Assembly: GCA_963761195.1 (NCBI GenBank)
Contig: CAVXGA010000009.1
Span: 270,747-334,746, forward strand
Length of the DNA stretch: 64,000 nucleotides
Source: an uncultured Bacteroidales bacterium
GTDB lineage: Bacteria; Bacteroidota; Bacteroidia; Bacteroidales; JAADJA01
Direction: 5' to 3'
This document shows, piece by piece, positions 8,725 through 18,859 of this stretch; position 1 is the first letter of the stretch; each line of letters begins with the position of its first letter. The notes under the pieces are model-generated. The model saw only the letters and a program-made list of their open reading frames with translations. It was not told the origin of the DNA and ran no database searches. The position numbers were made by a program, and so were the translations under genes.

Positions 8725-10227
8725 TTATTTCAGTGAGCGGGTTGCCAGAAATTCTACCGGTGCAAATTCATCAGTAAATATTGAGACATTTGTATTCAAT
8801 GAATCGGAATAAAGATGTCCCAGATAGTTGTTAAGTTGTTCGTTTTGACTTGTAAAATCTGGTTTAATATCTGATTTGAGACCTACCAGTAAAAAATTCT
8901 GGTATAGATCCTTTTCTGCCACCGTCGGGTGGGGATACTGAACAGCAAACAAATAAACCTGTGGAAAGACTTTTTTATAGGTGGCTATCTCTGACCTAAA
9001 AAATAAACTATTCTCCTCATCGAGTGAAGAAATGATGTTGGCATAAACAGCACCATTATCATTGAGGACGGTATAGATTTTTTGCAGCGCCTCTAATGTT
9101 GTGAGCTGGTAAGGAATGGTTAAAAGGGATTTGTAAGCATCCATAAAAACCGCATCATATTTTTTTGTGCATTTATTTAGGTAGGTCCTTCCATCCTCAT
9201 GAATTATTGTCAGGTGTTTATTATCCTGAAGGTCGAAATATTTTCGGGCGAGCCTTGTTAGCCCGGGATCGATTTCAACTACATCGATGTTAGCATTCGG
9301 ATATCTTCGCAAATAATCTTTTGGAAATGCATACCCTGAACCTCCAATCATCAGCGAACTCTTAAAGCCCGGATTAAAAAATTCAATCAACCGGTAATAT
9401 TTCAATACTTCAAAAACAAGGTCGTCATCTTTATCGGTAAACATCGCTGAGCTTTGCTCATTATTAACACGCAGAATTTTAACCGGTCTGCCTGTTGCTT
9501 TATCCGTTGAATTGTAAATTAGCACGCGGTTGTATTGCGTATCGGCATCGATATATTTCGGTGAAGAAGTATTTGACCTGAACCAGAAAAATATAATAAT
9601 TACGGTACTTAGCAATACGACAACTCCCGGAACCACCTTCTTATTCACAAAAAAAGAATAAACGGAAATTAAAATCAGAAAAACAGAAATCGTAAAAAGT
9701 ACGTTCTTAAAGCCAAATGCTGGTATTAAAACAAAGCCGGCAAGGAAAGTTCCGATTATGCTTCCAATAGTGGACAAGGCATATAAATTACCGACTGTTA
9801 TGCCGGAAGTTCTTAAATTGCTGATCTTTAATTTCACACTATAGGGTAATATCATACCTAAAAAAATACTGGCAGGTCCGAACAGAATAATTGCAGAAAC
9901 GATCGTCATCAGTTTAAGGCCAGGAATGTATTTCACAACTCTGTCAAGTATGTATGTATTGCCCGTAATGGTCAGAAACATGAAGAATCCTGCCGAAAAT
10001 ATAACCCAGGCAAGAAATGTAAAATCCGATCTTCGCACGGAAAAAATCCCACCAAGCCAATAACCAATGCTGAGGCTTCCCATGATAATTCCGATCAGAC
10101 TGGTCCAGATAAATATTGATGCGCCAAAATAAGGACCTAAAATACGCGATCCTGAGAGCTCAAATACCATGGTCAAAGCTCCTGATATAAAAATGATTGC
10201 CTCAAGAAAAAACTTATTCATCCGCAT
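8725..10227 (-). CDS. Fused polytopic-membrane / spermidine synthase-like protein
   Basis: 500-aa ORF. The N-terminal ~215 aa are multi-TM (FISGALTMVFELSGSRILGPYFGASIFIWTS). The C-terminus has the class I methyltransferase / spermidine synthase fold (MIGGSGYAFP...VVEIDPGL...FMDAY). Confidence 0.75.
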   Translation of the reverse strand: MRMNKFFLEAIIFISGALTMVFELSGSRILGPYFGASIFIWTSLIGIIMGSLSIGYWLGGIFSVRRSDFTFLAWVIFSAGFFMFLTITGNTYILDRVVKYIPGLKLMTIVSAIILFGPASIFLGMILPYSVKLKISNLRTSGITVGNLYALSTIGSIIGTFLAGFVLIPAFGFKNVLFTISVFLILISVYSFFVNKKVVPGVVVLLSTVIIIFFWFRSNTSSPKYIDADTQYNRVLIYNSTDKATGRPVKILRVNNEQSSAMFTDKDDDLVFEVLKYYRLIEFFNPGFKSSLMIGGSGYAFPKDYLRRYPNANIDVVEIDPGLTRLARKYFDLQDNKHLTIIHEDGRTYLNKCTKKYDAVFMDAYKSLLTIPYQLTTLEALQKIYTVLNDNGAVYANIISSLDEENSLFFRSEIATYKKVFPQVYLFAVQYPHPTVAEKDLYQNFLLVGLKSDIKPDFTSQNEQLNNYLGHLYSDSLNTNVSIFTDEFAPVEFLATRSLK

Positions 10228-10236
10228 GTTAGCCTC

Positions 10237-11946
10237 TCACATAACAATTAATTTAAACACGTAATTCCTTTCAAAAGCGGATACCTGGACCAGATAGATT
10301 CCTTTTGATAAATCTATAGAATGAATAGGAAAGCGATTAAGATATGGATTAAAATCATATTCTGTTGAATTGATGCAGGCACCGTTTAACCGTATAAGCT
10401 GAACCGTGCATTTTATAGCATCCTTACCGGAATAGGTAAGCATATATTCATTTGTTTTCTGTTCAGCAACCAAATGAAATAATTCAAAACCTGTATTTTC
10501 CTGTATCGATGAACCATTATAAACCAACGAGACGTCTAGCTCGGTGGTTTTCCGGTTAAGAGTCAGTATATTCTGAAATGTTTTTGCTTCATGACCTGAA
10601 GCAAAAAAAGTTACATCCCAGTTTCCTTCATAAATGGGTCTGAAATAAGCTCCACTTGTTGCATTTGTTGAAATCCATGAATTGTTATTGTCATGGTTTT
10701 CGATCGTAATGGTTGCTTCCAGTGGGTTTCCTGAAGCGCTATCTGTAACGATACCCGTTATTCCGAAAAGAGCCTGTTCCATATAATTCAGAAATGAACG
10801 GTAATTATACTCCCAGTAGTTTGGAAATTCACTGGCAGGCAGTAGTTTTGTATACGACAATTCAACCGTAACTTCACGACAATGGTGAAAATAATTCATA
10901 TAATCCTGTCTTCCTCCTGTAATTGTATACCATGCGTATCCATTCGTAATACCATCATTGAATTCGTTAAAATAACCGGCAGGTGAATATGCATGGACGG
11001 TGTCTGCCCATTCCCTCCCTACATATTGCCACCAATCGTCATCGGCATTTAATTGTGACCATGTATCCCACGGATAATTAAAAACTTCGGATCCACCATG
11101 AAAATTTGCCGACATCACAAACGATACGCTATCTGCCATAGCCATAAATTCCTGGGTTTCCTTCTGCCACTCATTTCCGTCAGGATGCTGACCGTCATCC
11201 GGATCGGGGTAATTGCGGTTCAGATCGATGCCGTTTGCATTAAACCGGGTAGCTCCGTAGATTGTACTATTACCGCCTGCATAAGTCCCGTCAGGATTGG
11301 CTAACGGGTTGATCCAAATCTCAAGATTATCCACCAATGTAGTGACTTTCTGATCCGTTCCATAATTTGACAACAAGTAATCAATTAAATGCAGCATCAA
11401 TATATAGCCTGTTGTTTCATCACCATGAATTGAGGAAGTGTAAAGAAACCGCGCTTTAGATTCCTGCATATTCACATTATTCGAAATTTTGGCAACCAGC
11501 AGTTGTCTGCCATCAATGGATGTTCCGATACTGAAAACATCGCATAACCCAGGATATGCCTGTTCAAACTGGTACATTAAATCCACATAGGCTTCATACG
11601 TGGGATAAAAATCCCAGTCCTTAGTCCCAGAAAGCTCAATTTTATCTTTCATTAACGGTTGGATAAGCGTTCCGGGATGAGGTAAAAGCTGATAGGAAAT
11701 ATTCAACGAAAGAAATTTACTGAACATCTTTTTGTTCGCATAAGCATAAACCCAATTTTTACTGGTTTTATGATCAATCGAAATTATCGAACTAAGTTGT
11801 GTATCTATATGACCTGTTTTGTTTTCGAAGCGGAAATAAATTTCTTTTTTACCCTGAAATATGCTGTCAACATCAACCTGGCTAAACGTGGTATGTGATA
11901 GAAAAATACACGTTACAACAGATATTATTGTTTTAATGACCCTCAT
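10237..11946 (-). CDS. M14-family zinc carboxypeptidase with a carboxypeptidase-regulatory-like domain and a T9SS C-terminal sorting domain
   Basis: 569-aa ORF with a signal peptide. Zinc and substrate motifs are present (HGDETTG, NANGIDLNRNYP, HGG). A GITGIVTDSASGNPL beta-sandwich follows, then a C-terminal tail GIYLVQV...FKLIVM. Confidence 0.85.
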   Translation of the reverse strand: MRVIKTIISVVTCIFLSHTTFSQVDVDSIFQGKKEIYFRFENKTGHIDTQLSSIISIDHKTSKNWVYAYANKKMFSKFLSLNISYQLLPHPGTLIQPLMKDKIELSGTKDWDFYPTYEAYVDLMYQFEQAYPGLCDVFSIGTSIDGRQLLVAKISNNVNMQESKARFLYTSSIHGDETTGYILMLHLIDYLLSNYGTDQKVTTLVDNLEIWINPLANPDGTYAGGNSTIYGATRFNANGIDLNRNYPDPDDGQHPDGNEWQKETQEFMAMADSVSFVMSANFHGGSEVFNYPWDTWSQLNADDDWWQYVGREWADTVHAYSPAGYFNEFNDGITNGYAWYTITGGRQDYMNYFHHCREVTVELSYTKLLPASEFPNYWEYNYRSFLNYMEQALFGITGIVTDSASGNPLEATITIENHDNNNSWISTNATSGAYFRPIYEGNWDVTFFASGHEAKTFQNILTLNRKTTELDVSLVYNGSSIQENTGFELFHLVAEQKTNEYMLTYSGKDAIKCTVQLIRLNGACINSTEYDFNPYLNRFPIHSIDLSKGIYLVQVSAFERNYVFKLIVM

Positions 11947-11968
11947 TTAAATCTTCCTATGAATAGCG

Positions 11969-11976
11969 CAAAGGTA
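11969..11976 (-). promoter_or_regulatory. -7 promoter box TACCTTTG (minus strand)
   Basis: Matches TAnnTTTG and lies 23 nt upstream of the ATG at 11946. Confidence 0.4.
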
Positions 11977-12071
11977 CGATTTATCAGAAATTGAATCTTG
12001 TTGAAGCCAATGAATTAATCGTCAATAATGGTATATCAGGATTTACTTGTATCCGGCACTGATAAACCTTT

Positions 12072-14654
12072 TTACCTGGAAATCTGAATCTTTTTTGTGA
12101 ATAAACCACTGAGCGTATTTATTTTCAGAAAATAAATTCCTACAGGTAACCGGGCAACATCCACAGTGATTTTCTCAGAATTGCCCGCAACGAAAACCAC
12201 TGCTGAACCGATAAGGTTTATCACAGAAACAGACTTTATCTTTTCTGCTGAAGACACTGTAAAAAGAGTTGATGAAGGGTTCGGAAATACGACCAATCCA
12301 TCATCCCTGTGTGAACTAATTCCGGTAAGCGGATTCACTGTAATATAGTTATCTTTTACCAGGGTGTTGTTTCCTGCAGAGTTGGTTACGACCAATGCTA
12401 CAGAATAGGTACCCGGGCTGTTATAGGTGACCGATGGGTTTTGTTCCGATGAGTTTGCAGGTGTACCGCCATCAAATAACCACTGCCATGATTCCGGATT
12501 GTTAACTGACAAATCTGTAAATTGTACGGAACCTCCTTCTGTGATTGTAGTTGAATCAGCTATAAAATCAGCAACCGGGGGTAGAACAACTCCTTCACAG
12601 CTTATATTTGCTGACCAGCCAGATTTAGTAACTGAGACATCCGAATGAAATACAAAAGTTAATGCGCCGGTCGAGTTTGTCGCTGTAATTGTTCCTGGCG
12701 AATTCATCCCGCAATACGTTCCGATCAATGTTCCGGAACTATTATCAGCATCGTAAATTTTCAACCAGTCGTAATCACAATTGGTTTCATCCTCAATATT
12801 AAATGAAGTGAACTGACAGATGATCTTTGCTCCAGTTTGTCCGGGAAGAAATGTCATCGTATAATCTTCGTTGTTCGTGTAATTTCCGGATGAACCTCCT
12901 GAATCATAAAAAACCCCATTGCAGGTGGTAACCGTCGTATTCTGCATGATGAAATCAACACTCACTGTGATGTAATTTTCTTTTACAATCGTTTGTGAAT
13001 TTGTACCGTTTGAAACCGTAAGGGTCACATCATATGATCCAGCCTCTGTATAGTTGATATTTGAGGGATTTTGCAGGGTTGAGGTAGCTGGTGTGCCGCC
13101 TTCGAATGTCCATTCCCACGATACCGGATTTCCAAAAGTGAGATCGGTGAAATTTACAGAAGACCCCACAGGAATTGAAGTTGTATTTGCAGTAAAGTCT
13201 GCGATCATATCTCCTCCGGTAAGCTGAACATCGAGTACCGTGAGCTGATGGTTTACAACCTGGACATTTTGAAAGGTCTGAGGATAATAGCCATATGCTG
13301 AAAACGTGACATCATAGGTTCCTGCGTAAACCGGACGAAAATATTTTCCGGTTGATTCCCTTGAAAATACCATCGAGCTGTCCATATCGTGATTTTCAAT
13401 ATAAACCTCTGCCATTATAGGGTTTCCGGTACTTGCATCCGTAACCGTACCACTGATCCCGTACAACGTTTCTTTCATGTAGTTCAGCAAGGAACGGTAG
13501 TTATAGTTCCAGAAGGTTGGTAATTGGCTGGCGGGGGGCGTTTTTGTATTTGATAGTTCGAGGGTAAACTCCCGGTCCTGATGAAAATAGGTCATATAAT
13601 CCTGTCTGCCTCCGGTTATCGTATACCAGGCATATCCGTTTGTTACACCATTGTCAAAATCGTTCAAGTATCCGCTTGGTGCATTTGCATGAACTGTATC
13701 GGCATATTCACGGCACACATAGTACCACCATGAATCATCAGCATGAAGGTTACTCCATGTATCCCAGGGATAATTACAAACTTCTGCACCACCATGGGTA
13801 TTGCAGGATAGAGAAAAATGATTTGCTTCTGCCAGAGCCATGAAAGCAACTGTTTCAGGTTGCCAGACTTCTCCATCCGGATGAGGACCGGCAGCAGGAT
13901 CCGGATAATTCCGGTTCATATCAACTCCATTGGCATTATAACGTGTGGCACCGTAAACCGTATTATTTCCTCCGGCATAGGTTCCGTCAGGGTTAGAAGC
14001 AGGGTTGATCCAAATGTCGAGATTATTTACAAGGTTCGTCACATCAGCGTTTGTCCCGTAATTGCTGAGCAAGTAATCGATCAGATGGAGAAGTAAAATA
14101 TAGCCTGTGGTTTCATCACCGTGGATCGTACCTGTATACATAAATTGAGGTTCGCCTTCCTCCTGTCCGACATTGTCAGAAATCCTTGCAAAAAGTAATT
14201 CCCGTCCATCAGTTGTTTGTCCAATGCTGAATACCTGGCAAAGGTCCGGATAATCGGTCTGAAACTGATACATCATATCAACATAAGCAGTGTAAGTCGG
14301 ATAAAAATCCCAGTCAGAAATACTTTTAAGGTCCACCGAGTTCTTCATCACCGGGATATTTTCCATACTTGGCGGTGTCAAAGGAATATAGGTATAACCC
14401 ATGTCCAGAAATTTTCCGAATTCCTTTTTATTGGCATATGCAAATACTTCGTTTCCTTTGATATTGTCGATCGAAATGGTATGAGAAATTAAGTTTATGT
14501 CCTTTGGGCTTTTCAATTCAAATTTAAAATAAAGCTCAATTCTGTCTTTAAACAGTTTTGAAATCGCATCTTCCCTACCCTGTCCATAAACCTGAAATAC
14601 AAAACCTGCCATCAAAAGAAAGCAGACAACTGTTGAAAATCTCTTAACCATCAT
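12072..14654 (-). CDS. M14-family zinc carboxypeptidase paralog carrying PKD-CUB-PKD modules and a T9SS C-terminal sorting domain
   Basis: 860-aa ORF. Its first ~480 aa are collinear with the neighbouring M14 gene (HGDETTGYILLLHLIDYLLSNYG, NANGVDMNRNYP). Two PKD-like repeats follow (about 12963-13202 and 12336-12572), with a CUB-like module between them (12597-12923). The C-terminus is VVFPNPSS...GIYFLKI...KKIQISR. Confidence 0.85.
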   Translation of the reverse strand: MMVKRFSTVVCFLLMAGFVFQVYGQGREDAISKLFKDRIELYFKFELKSPKDINLISHTISIDNIKGNEVFAYANKKEFGKFLDMGYTYIPLTPPSMENIPVMKNSVDLKSISDWDFYPTYTAYVDMMYQFQTDYPDLCQVFSIGQTTDGRELLFARISDNVGQEEGEPQFMYTGTIHGDETTGYILLLHLIDYLLSNYGTNADVTNLVNNLDIWINPASNPDGTYAGGNNTVYGATRYNANGVDMNRNYPDPAAGPHPDGEVWQPETVAFMALAEANHFSLSCNTHGGAEVCNYPWDTWSNLHADDSWWYYVCREYADTVHANAPSGYLNDFDNGVTNGYAWYTITGGRQDYMTYFHQDREFTLELSNTKTPPASQLPTFWNYNYRSLLNYMKETLYGISGTVTDASTGNPIMAEVYIENHDMDSSMVFSRESTGKYFRPVYAGTYDVTFSAYGYYPQTFQNVQVVNHQLTVLDVQLTGGDMIADFTANTTSIPVGSSVNFTDLTFGNPVSWEWTFEGGTPATSTLQNPSNINYTEAGSYDVTLTVSNGTNSQTIVKENYITVSVDFIMQNTTVTTCNGVFYDSGGSSGNYTNNEDYTMTFLPGQTGAKIICQFTSFNIEDETNCDYDWLKIYDADNSSGTLIGTYCGMNSPGTITATNSTGALTFVFHSDVSVTKSGWSANISCEGVVLPPVADFIADSTTITEGGSVQFTDLSVNNPESWQWLFDGGTPANSSEQNPSVTYNSPGTYSVALVVTNSAGNNTLVKDNYITVNPLTGISSHRDDGLVVFPNPSSTLFTVSSAEKIKSVSVINLIGSAVVFVAGNSEKITVDVARLPVGIYFLKINTLSGLFTKKIQISR

Positions 14655-14673
14655 TTTATAAATTTAAAATCTG

Positions 14674-14681
14674 CAAATATA
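14674..14681 (-). promoter_or_regulatory. -7 promoter box TATATTTG (minus strand)
   Basis: Matches TAnnTTTG and lies 20 nt upstream of the ATG at 14654. Confidence 0.4.
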
Positions 14682-15108
14682 TTATTTAAGTCCCTCATTT
14701 GACATATCGTTACAGTAAAAGGTTGCTTTATTTTTTATCAATTTATAAAAAGAAGCAAGCAAATGATATGAATGTCAAAGCTTTTTGTAAAACCTTATTC
14801 ATTCACCGCTGTACCGCGAATTATCTACCTGGTTTAATTTATACAGTTTTTCACAGGTAAGGTTTGACCGGCTTAAAACAATATCTCAAGGATTAGTATT
14901 TTCGAGTTTCGTAAACAGGCATCTCCTGTAATTCATTTTTTGCATTAGTTTGTCGCTACTTTTTACTCTTAATAAAAACAATTTCTAAATAGGTCATTTT
15001 ACATAATTATGTCAAAAACAGAGTAGAGAAGGAATCTTAATAAAGTATAACATTAGCAAAAAACTAACTTAAAAATACCAGAAAGATTAGGGTTCAATTT
15101 TGAATATC

Positions 15109-15672
15109 TCAGTTTTTCCCTTTCAGTACAAGCAAGTAATGAAGTACCTGTTCGATCAATGCTTCCATTGTTAAAGGCTGTTTCATATCGAGCAATATAT
15201 CAAGGTATAGTTCAGCAAATGGATTGTGTTTCCCGACTTTTAACCTGGATTTTGACAGCCCGGAAATGTATCTGAGAACATAGTTATCTTCAAGAGTCAG
15301 GTCGATGAGAATATCAAACTCGGTGTTGATAAATTCCTTGATGTAATCATTTTTCGGGGCACCGTACCAATTCAGTTCCTTTTTATTAAAATAATAACCT
15401 GCATTAGCAGCAATACAATAATTCGGAATGGATTTCCGGTTGATAAACCCAATGGCCATTACCTGGCGTTGACGGGTGGTTAGCTCCTTAACAAGTGCTT
15501 TAACGGTATTGAACGCTGCCTCATTGGTGACAAAGTAAACGATTCCAATTGATTTCGCCTCTGCGAGATTAATGAGCTTTTTATTCCGTTTAAGATTGTG
15601 GGATTTCCTTTTAAACAAATAGGAAGCAACTGAATTTCTTATCGACAAAGTTATATTAGCCATTGCACACAA
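15109..15672 (-). CDS. Hypothetical protein (probably a conserved Bacteroidota family; function unknown)
   Basis: 187-aa ORF with no recognisable catalytic motif. A TATTTTTG box at 15681-15688 (minus strand) favours a start at 15672 or at the Met at 15663. Confidence 0.5.
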   Translation of the reverse strand: MCAMANITLSIRNSVASYLFKRKSHNLKRNKKLINLAEAKSIGIVYFVTNEAAFNTVKALVKELTTRQRQVMAIGFINRKSIPNYCIAANAGYYFNKKELNWYGAPKNDYIKEFINTEFDILIDLTLEDNYVLRYISGLSKSRLKVGKHNPFAELYLDILLDMKQPLTMEALIEQVLHYLLVLKGKN

Positions 15673-15730
15673 AAAGTCATCAAAAATAATGAATTCTATG
15701 CATCAACCAACCATCTGGGGATTTTCATTC

Positions 15731-16237
15731 TTATTCATTATTTATCAGGCAGGAACCAATTTTTCCGATAAACATCCTGTGATAATCCTTGTTCGGGTAG
15801 TTTCTGTTGAGCAGTCTGGTTGAAAAATTAGCGGGGTTGATATCGTGGTGATAGATTTTACTGCATTCGATCACAAGTTTAGCTTGTTTAAAATATACTG
15901 AACCAGGATTTGTTGAAACCGGCAGCAATCCTGTTTCTTTAACTTTATCCACATCCTTTCCAGAGTGTGAACCACAGTAGGACAGAATGTCTTTATATTT
16001 ATGATCAAAAAAACTCAGGGTATAATTTGGGTTTATTTCCGCATAATGAAACGTATAGCGTGTGGGCCTTATAAAAATAAAGCTGACAGGAAAGTTCCAC
16101 AGGATGCCCACACCACCCCAGGAGGCCGTCATCGTATTAAAATCATCGATTGTGCCAAAGGTAATTAGCATCCATTGCTTGCCGATAAGTTGAAAGATGT
16201 TTTCAGTGATCTTATCATATTTTATTTGTGTAAACAT
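15731..16237 (-). CDS. Flavin reductase-like (FMN-binding split-barrel) family protein
   Basis: 168-aa ORF containing ...QWMLITFGTIDDFNTMTASWGGVGILWNFPVSFIFIRPTRYT..., typical of the flavin reductase domain. Confidence 0.7.
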   Translation of the reverse strand: MFTQIKYDKITENIFQLIGKQWMLITFGTIDDFNTMTASWGGVGILWNFPVSFIFIRPTRYTFHYAEINPNYTLSFFDHKYKDILSYCGSHSGKDVDKVKETGLLPVSTNPGSVYFKQAKLVIECSKIYHHDINPANFSTRLLNRNYPNKDYHRMFIGKIGSCLINNE

Positions 16238-16647
16238 TTAGGTCTTGAGATTAAAAGCCAACATCGTTGCCATTAGTTTGTACTAGTTCCAATAAAATGG
16301 GTCTATTAAAATTCCCTTATCTAGTATTAAACTCTTTTTAAATCAAATTGTTAATTAGTTTTACTTTTTTAATTCGAAATGATCTAAGCAGGATAATCCA
16401 TGAAGAGAAATAACTTAGTGAAAATGAGTGTTTTCATATTCCCATTAGGCTTGTTTGAAATCGCACGAATGAAGGGAGGGATTTTGTGAAAACTATTCTT
16501 GAAATTAAATACCTAAGACCTAAAATTTATGATTTGATCCACTAAACAAAATTTATTGAATAAAACGACCGCATTAACAACAAATCCTGCTCACATTCTT
16601 CATATGGTAATAATAAATTCACTTACTTTGAATAAATTTTCTGGTAT

Positions 16648-18819
16648 ATGGCCAAACGCCCGGTAAAAAAGGTACCACGTTTCTTTGGGATGAGGATATA
16701 TCTGTCTTCAACGATTTTGTACTATTGGCTTGTTTTACCGTTTTTACTGATCCTTTCCATTAAATATGCTCCATCACTACGTGAAAAAGGATTATTTAAG
16801 CCTGGACTGGAAAAAAGGATAACAGACTCTCTGGCTCTGCTGACGGATACACTTGTCAACGAAAAGCTTGCTCAGTACGAAGAAAAACTGAATATTGACT
16901 CGTTGATTACAAATGGTCCTGCTGCAATTCAACATCCTGGGGATACAACTCACAATTTCAACCTTACAATAAGCCCGCAAACCGGTGTCAGGTTAAATGA
17001 AGAGAATACAAACACCGAACCTGATAGTTCACAGATCGCAAAGTCCTTTTATATTTTATTTAACCTTTTACTGATCAGTTTTTTTCTCGGGTTTTTATTT
17101 AACCTTCCTTTTAAACGGTATTTTTCCAGAAAACGAAAAGGAAAGGAAATTTCACCCAAGCTTTTTAATTTCTGTAAGCGGTTTTTGCTAAAATCGCCTT
17201 TGATCAATGCAGGAATTCTGGGACTCTCTTTTCTCGCTGTACATATATTTATGCTCGTCCGGCTTTTTTCAAATGGGGCGTTTAAATTAGAGATTGAAAA
17301 AAGTTTGTATTCCCACCTTTTTTTTATTTCGCTTACTGCTTCGATACTTTCATTGCTATTCGTTTACTTCTGGGAAAAACACAGGGTTCATATCAAATAT
17401 ATAGAGCATCTGTTTGATAAGGAAGAACTGCGAAAAAGAATATTTAATCTGAAAGTCGGTAAGATCCGCAACAGAATGATCATTTCCTCTGCGATGACCA
17501 CCCTTCTCCCCCTTACTATTGTTATCCTTTACCTGTTTTTAAGCATTACGCATCTGAATGATCTCAAAATGACAAATTATACTGAAGAGCAAAAAAATAT
17601 ATTGTTTGGAGATTTTCTTATGTTCAGGGATATGTTTATGGGAGCATCTACTGATTTCTCCATCCCCGGGTGGCTGTTTTACATCAATGTCATCAACAGC
17701 TTTTTCATGTTTATAGGCATTTATAGTAGTATATTTATAGCTTTTGTATATATTGTTTTTTTGGTAAAATGGACCACACAGGACATTGTTTATCCGGTAA
17801 AGGAATTATTGCTAAATATGAAGGAAACTGGTAGAGGAGAGCTTAATAATTATGGAATTGTGCGGACAAACGACGAAATTGGTGAGCTTACCGAAGGGTA
17901 TAATGAAATGGCCAGGCAACTGGGTGATTATATCAACAATATTTCAAAAATGAATGAAGCTTATTCACGTTTTGTACCCCGGCAGTTTCTTGATTTTCTT
18001 GGTAAAAAAAGCTATGTAGACATTAAGCTTGGTGACCAGGTACAAAAAGAAATGACGGTTATGTTCAGCGATATCAGGTCATTTACTGAAATGTCTGAAC
18101 AAATGACGCCCAAAGAAAACTTTGATTTCATCAATTATTACCTTGGCTACATGGAACCTGTGATCAGCAACAACAACGGGTTTATCGACAAATACATAGG
18201 CGACTCCATTATGGCTTTGTTTGCCGTTAATGCTGAAGATGCAATCAATGCTGCTATTGAAATGAGGATAAAGCTTTCACAGTTTAACCAGGTAATGGAA
18301 CAGTTTGGCAAACCGATGGTTAGAAGTGGTATCGGGATTCACAGCGGAAGCCTGATGCTGGGAGTAGTTGGAGGGGAAGGACGCATGGACGGCACTGTAA
18401 TATCCGATGCAGTGAACCTGGCATCAAGGCTCGAAAGACTTACCAAACTTTATGGAAGTTCAATTGTTATAAGTCAGGATACATTGGTAAAATTGAATAA
18501 CCCAACCCAATATCATTACAGGTTTCTCGATATTGTAAAAGTAAAAGGTAAAAGTGAGGCGGTTTATATATTTGAAATTATTGATGGTGACTCTGATGAT
18601 GTTAAACAATTGAAATTGAAAACAAGGGAATCATTTGCTGAAGGAATTAATTTTTACAAATCAAGAAAATTCGAAGAAGCGCTGAATGCTTTTACTTATG
18701 TTAATAAAGTTAACAGCCACGACCAAACAGCACAACTTTATATCGAACGATGCAACAATTTTCTAAAATTTGGTGTACCAGAAGACTGGGACGGCATTCA
18801 AACAATTACATGGAATTAA
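16648..18819 (+). CDS. Membrane-bound class III adenylate/guanylate cyclase with a HAMP linker
   Basis: 723-aa ORF with several TM helices. The HAMP-like segment is YPVKELLLNMKETGRGELN...DEIGELTEGYNEMARQL. The cyclase domain is VMFSDIRSFTEMSE...KYIGDSIMALF...GIHSGSLMLGVVGGEGRMDGTVISDAVNLASRLE. Confidence 0.9.
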   Translation: MAKRPVKKVPRFFGMRIYLSSTILYYWLVLPFLLILSIKYAPSLREKGLFKPGLEKRITDSLALLTDTLVNEKLAQYEEKLNIDSLITNGPAAIQHPGDTTHNFNLTISPQTGVRLNEENTNTEPDSSQIAKSFYILFNLLLISFFLGFLFNLPFKRYFSRKRKGKEISPKLFNFCKRFLLKSPLINAGILGLSFLAVHIFMLVRLFSNGAFKLEIEKSLYSHLFFISLTASILSLLFVYFWEKHRVHIKYIEHLFDKEELRKRIFNLKVGKIRNRMIISSAMTTLLPLTIVILYLFLSITHLNDLKMTNYTEEQKNILFGDFLMFRDMFMGASTDFSIPGWLFYINVINSFFMFIGIYSSIFIAFVYIVFLVKWTTQDIVYPVKELLLNMKETGRGELNNYGIVRTNDEIGELTEGYNEMARQLGDYINNISKMNEAYSRFVPRQFLDFLGKKSYVDIKLGDQVQKEMTVMFSDIRSFTEMSEQMTPKENFDFINYYLGYMEPVISNNNGFIDKYIGDSIMALFAVNAEDAINAAIEMRIKLSQFNQVMEQFGKPMVRSGIGIHSGSLMLGVVGGEGRMDGTVISDAVNLASRLERLTKLYGSSIVISQDTLVKLNNPTQYHYRFLDIVKVKGKSEAVYIFEIIDGDSDDVKQLKLKTRESFAEGINFYKSRKFEEALNAFTYVNKVNSHDQTAQLYIERCNNFLKFGVPEDWDGIQTITWN

Positions 18820-18859
18820 AATATAATTAACGGAATAAACGATACATAATATTTATTGT

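Noticed and set aside
16400-16489. A 29-codon ORF (MKRNNLVKMSVFIFPLGLFEIARMKGGIL) in the long spacer upstream of the cyclase.
   Set aside because: It is too short, with no supporting promoter or ribosome-binding features and no recognisable similarity.
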